A stretch of 13,762 nucleotides of DNA, taken from assembly GCA_964480435.1 (NCBI GenBank), contig CAYZSS010000014.1:1-13762 (forward strand), written 5' to 3'. This document shows, one piece after another, positions 13,194 to 13,762 of this stretch; the first letter of the stretch is position 1, and each line of letters opens with the position of its first letter. Both the position numbers and the translations under genes were made by a program. Source of the stretch: an uncultured archaeon (GTDB taxonomy: Archaea > Iainarchaeota > Iainarchaeia > Iainarchaeales > 0-14-0-20-30-16). The notes beneath the pieces were generated by a model, which worked only from the letters and a program-made list of their open reading frames with translations, searched no databases and was not told the origin of the DNA.

Positions 13194-13745
13194 TCAAAAA
13201 CCCCCTGAAAGTTTTCTTGTTTGTTTTGTATAGCAAACACCGCATAATATTGATGCAATATCTTTATTTCTAAAAACAACTTTTTTACTTACTTTTGATC
13301 TGCAATTAACACAGTAAGGTATCTCTACACCTAGTTCTCTATCCTTAATCGTTACTTCTGTCCCATATTTACCAATCTTATTTACTCTTGCTTTTACCAG
13401 ATCTCCAATTCTAAGAGCATCCCTTATTTCTTCAAGATATCCAAAACTCATATCTCCAACCATTATCATAGCTGGCAAATCTAAGTTTGTATTCTTTGTA
13501 AGATTATTCTGAATTTTTATTATTGCGGAATTTTTCTTTATATCTGTTACAACCCCAGCAACCAAATCACCTTCTTCGATTTTTTGCTTTGTTATTGATT
13601 CAACAGAAATAGAGTCATCGTCAATTTCAACATTACTTATTGACTTAGGATAAATATCCCCTTTTTCATCAATATATGCGTCCCCAGCAATCAAAAAATC
13701 TTCTTCGTTTCCCAGTTTTTCCCCAGTTATTGCAATTTCCTTCAT
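13194..13745 (-). CDS. csl4: Exosome complex RNA-binding cap protein Csl4
   Basis: The N-terminal domain is GEKLGNEEDFLIAGDAYIDEKGDIY. An S1-like core follows (GDLVAGVVTDIKKNSAIIKI ... IGDLVKARV). The C-terminal zinc ribbon is CVNCRSK...CGVC. SD is aaatGGTGtttttATG. Confidence 0.88.
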   Translation of the reverse strand: MKEIAITGEKLGNEEDFLIAGDAYIDEKGDIYPKSISNVEIDDDSISVESITKQKIEEGDLVAGVVTDIKKNSAIIKIQNNLTKNTNLDLPAMIMVGDMSFGYLEEIRDALRIGDLVKARVNKIGKYGTEVTIKDRELGVEIPYCVNCRSKVSKKVVFRNKDIASILCGVCYTKQTRKLSGGF

Positions 13746-13762
13746 AAAAACACCATTTAAAA

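Noticed and set aside
1-13762. tRNA/rRNA genes, CRISPR repeats, IS elements, inteins and recoded stop codons
   Set aside because: Intergenic spacers are at most ~110 nt and none folds into a cloverleaf-like pattern by eye. I saw no regularly spaced repeats, transposase or integrase-like ORFs, or terminal inverted repeats. TGA, TAG and TAA all terminate ORFs at positions matching homolog C-termini (for example PCNA ...APRIEE-TGA), so the standard code applies.

Overview
AT-rich (roughly 30% GC by eye), very gene-dense archaeal chromosomal segment. I support 17 protein-coding genes plus one doubtful 22-codon upstream ORF. I saw no tRNA or rRNA genes, CRISPR arrays or mobile elements. Recognisable archaeal housekeeping genes are ribosomal protein L44e (eL42), an SMC-type ATPase, archaeal-type cytidylate kinase, two tandem PCNA paralogs, a Sec11-type signal peptidase, RNA polymerase subunit L (Rpo11), exosome cap protein Csl4, a RecJ-like DHH/DHHA1 phosphoesterase and a short FKBP. 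The composition, tiny spacers, abutting or overlapping stop/start codons and gene set suggest a small-genome (DPANN-like) archaeon; this is inference only. Most genes carry a fixed ribosome-binding motif, (GA)GTGA-N5-ATG. Two accessory transcription units (32..973 and 8958..10160) lack it and instead have a TATA box at -30..-23 from the ATG, so they look leaderless. The best candidate for an undescribed system is the cassette at 8958..10160. It pairs an Arg-rich HExxH zincin-like protein that has a basic tail with a nicotinamidase/isochorismatase-like cysteine hydrolase whose triad Asp is replaced. Other items worth follow-up are the co-transcribed canonical plus divergent PCNA pair, a compact SMC with a very short hinge-like core preceded by a duplicated start region, and an orphan protein after cmk with a PARP/ART-like C-terminal motif. 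All family calls rest on motif recognition and alignment from memory; no searches were run.
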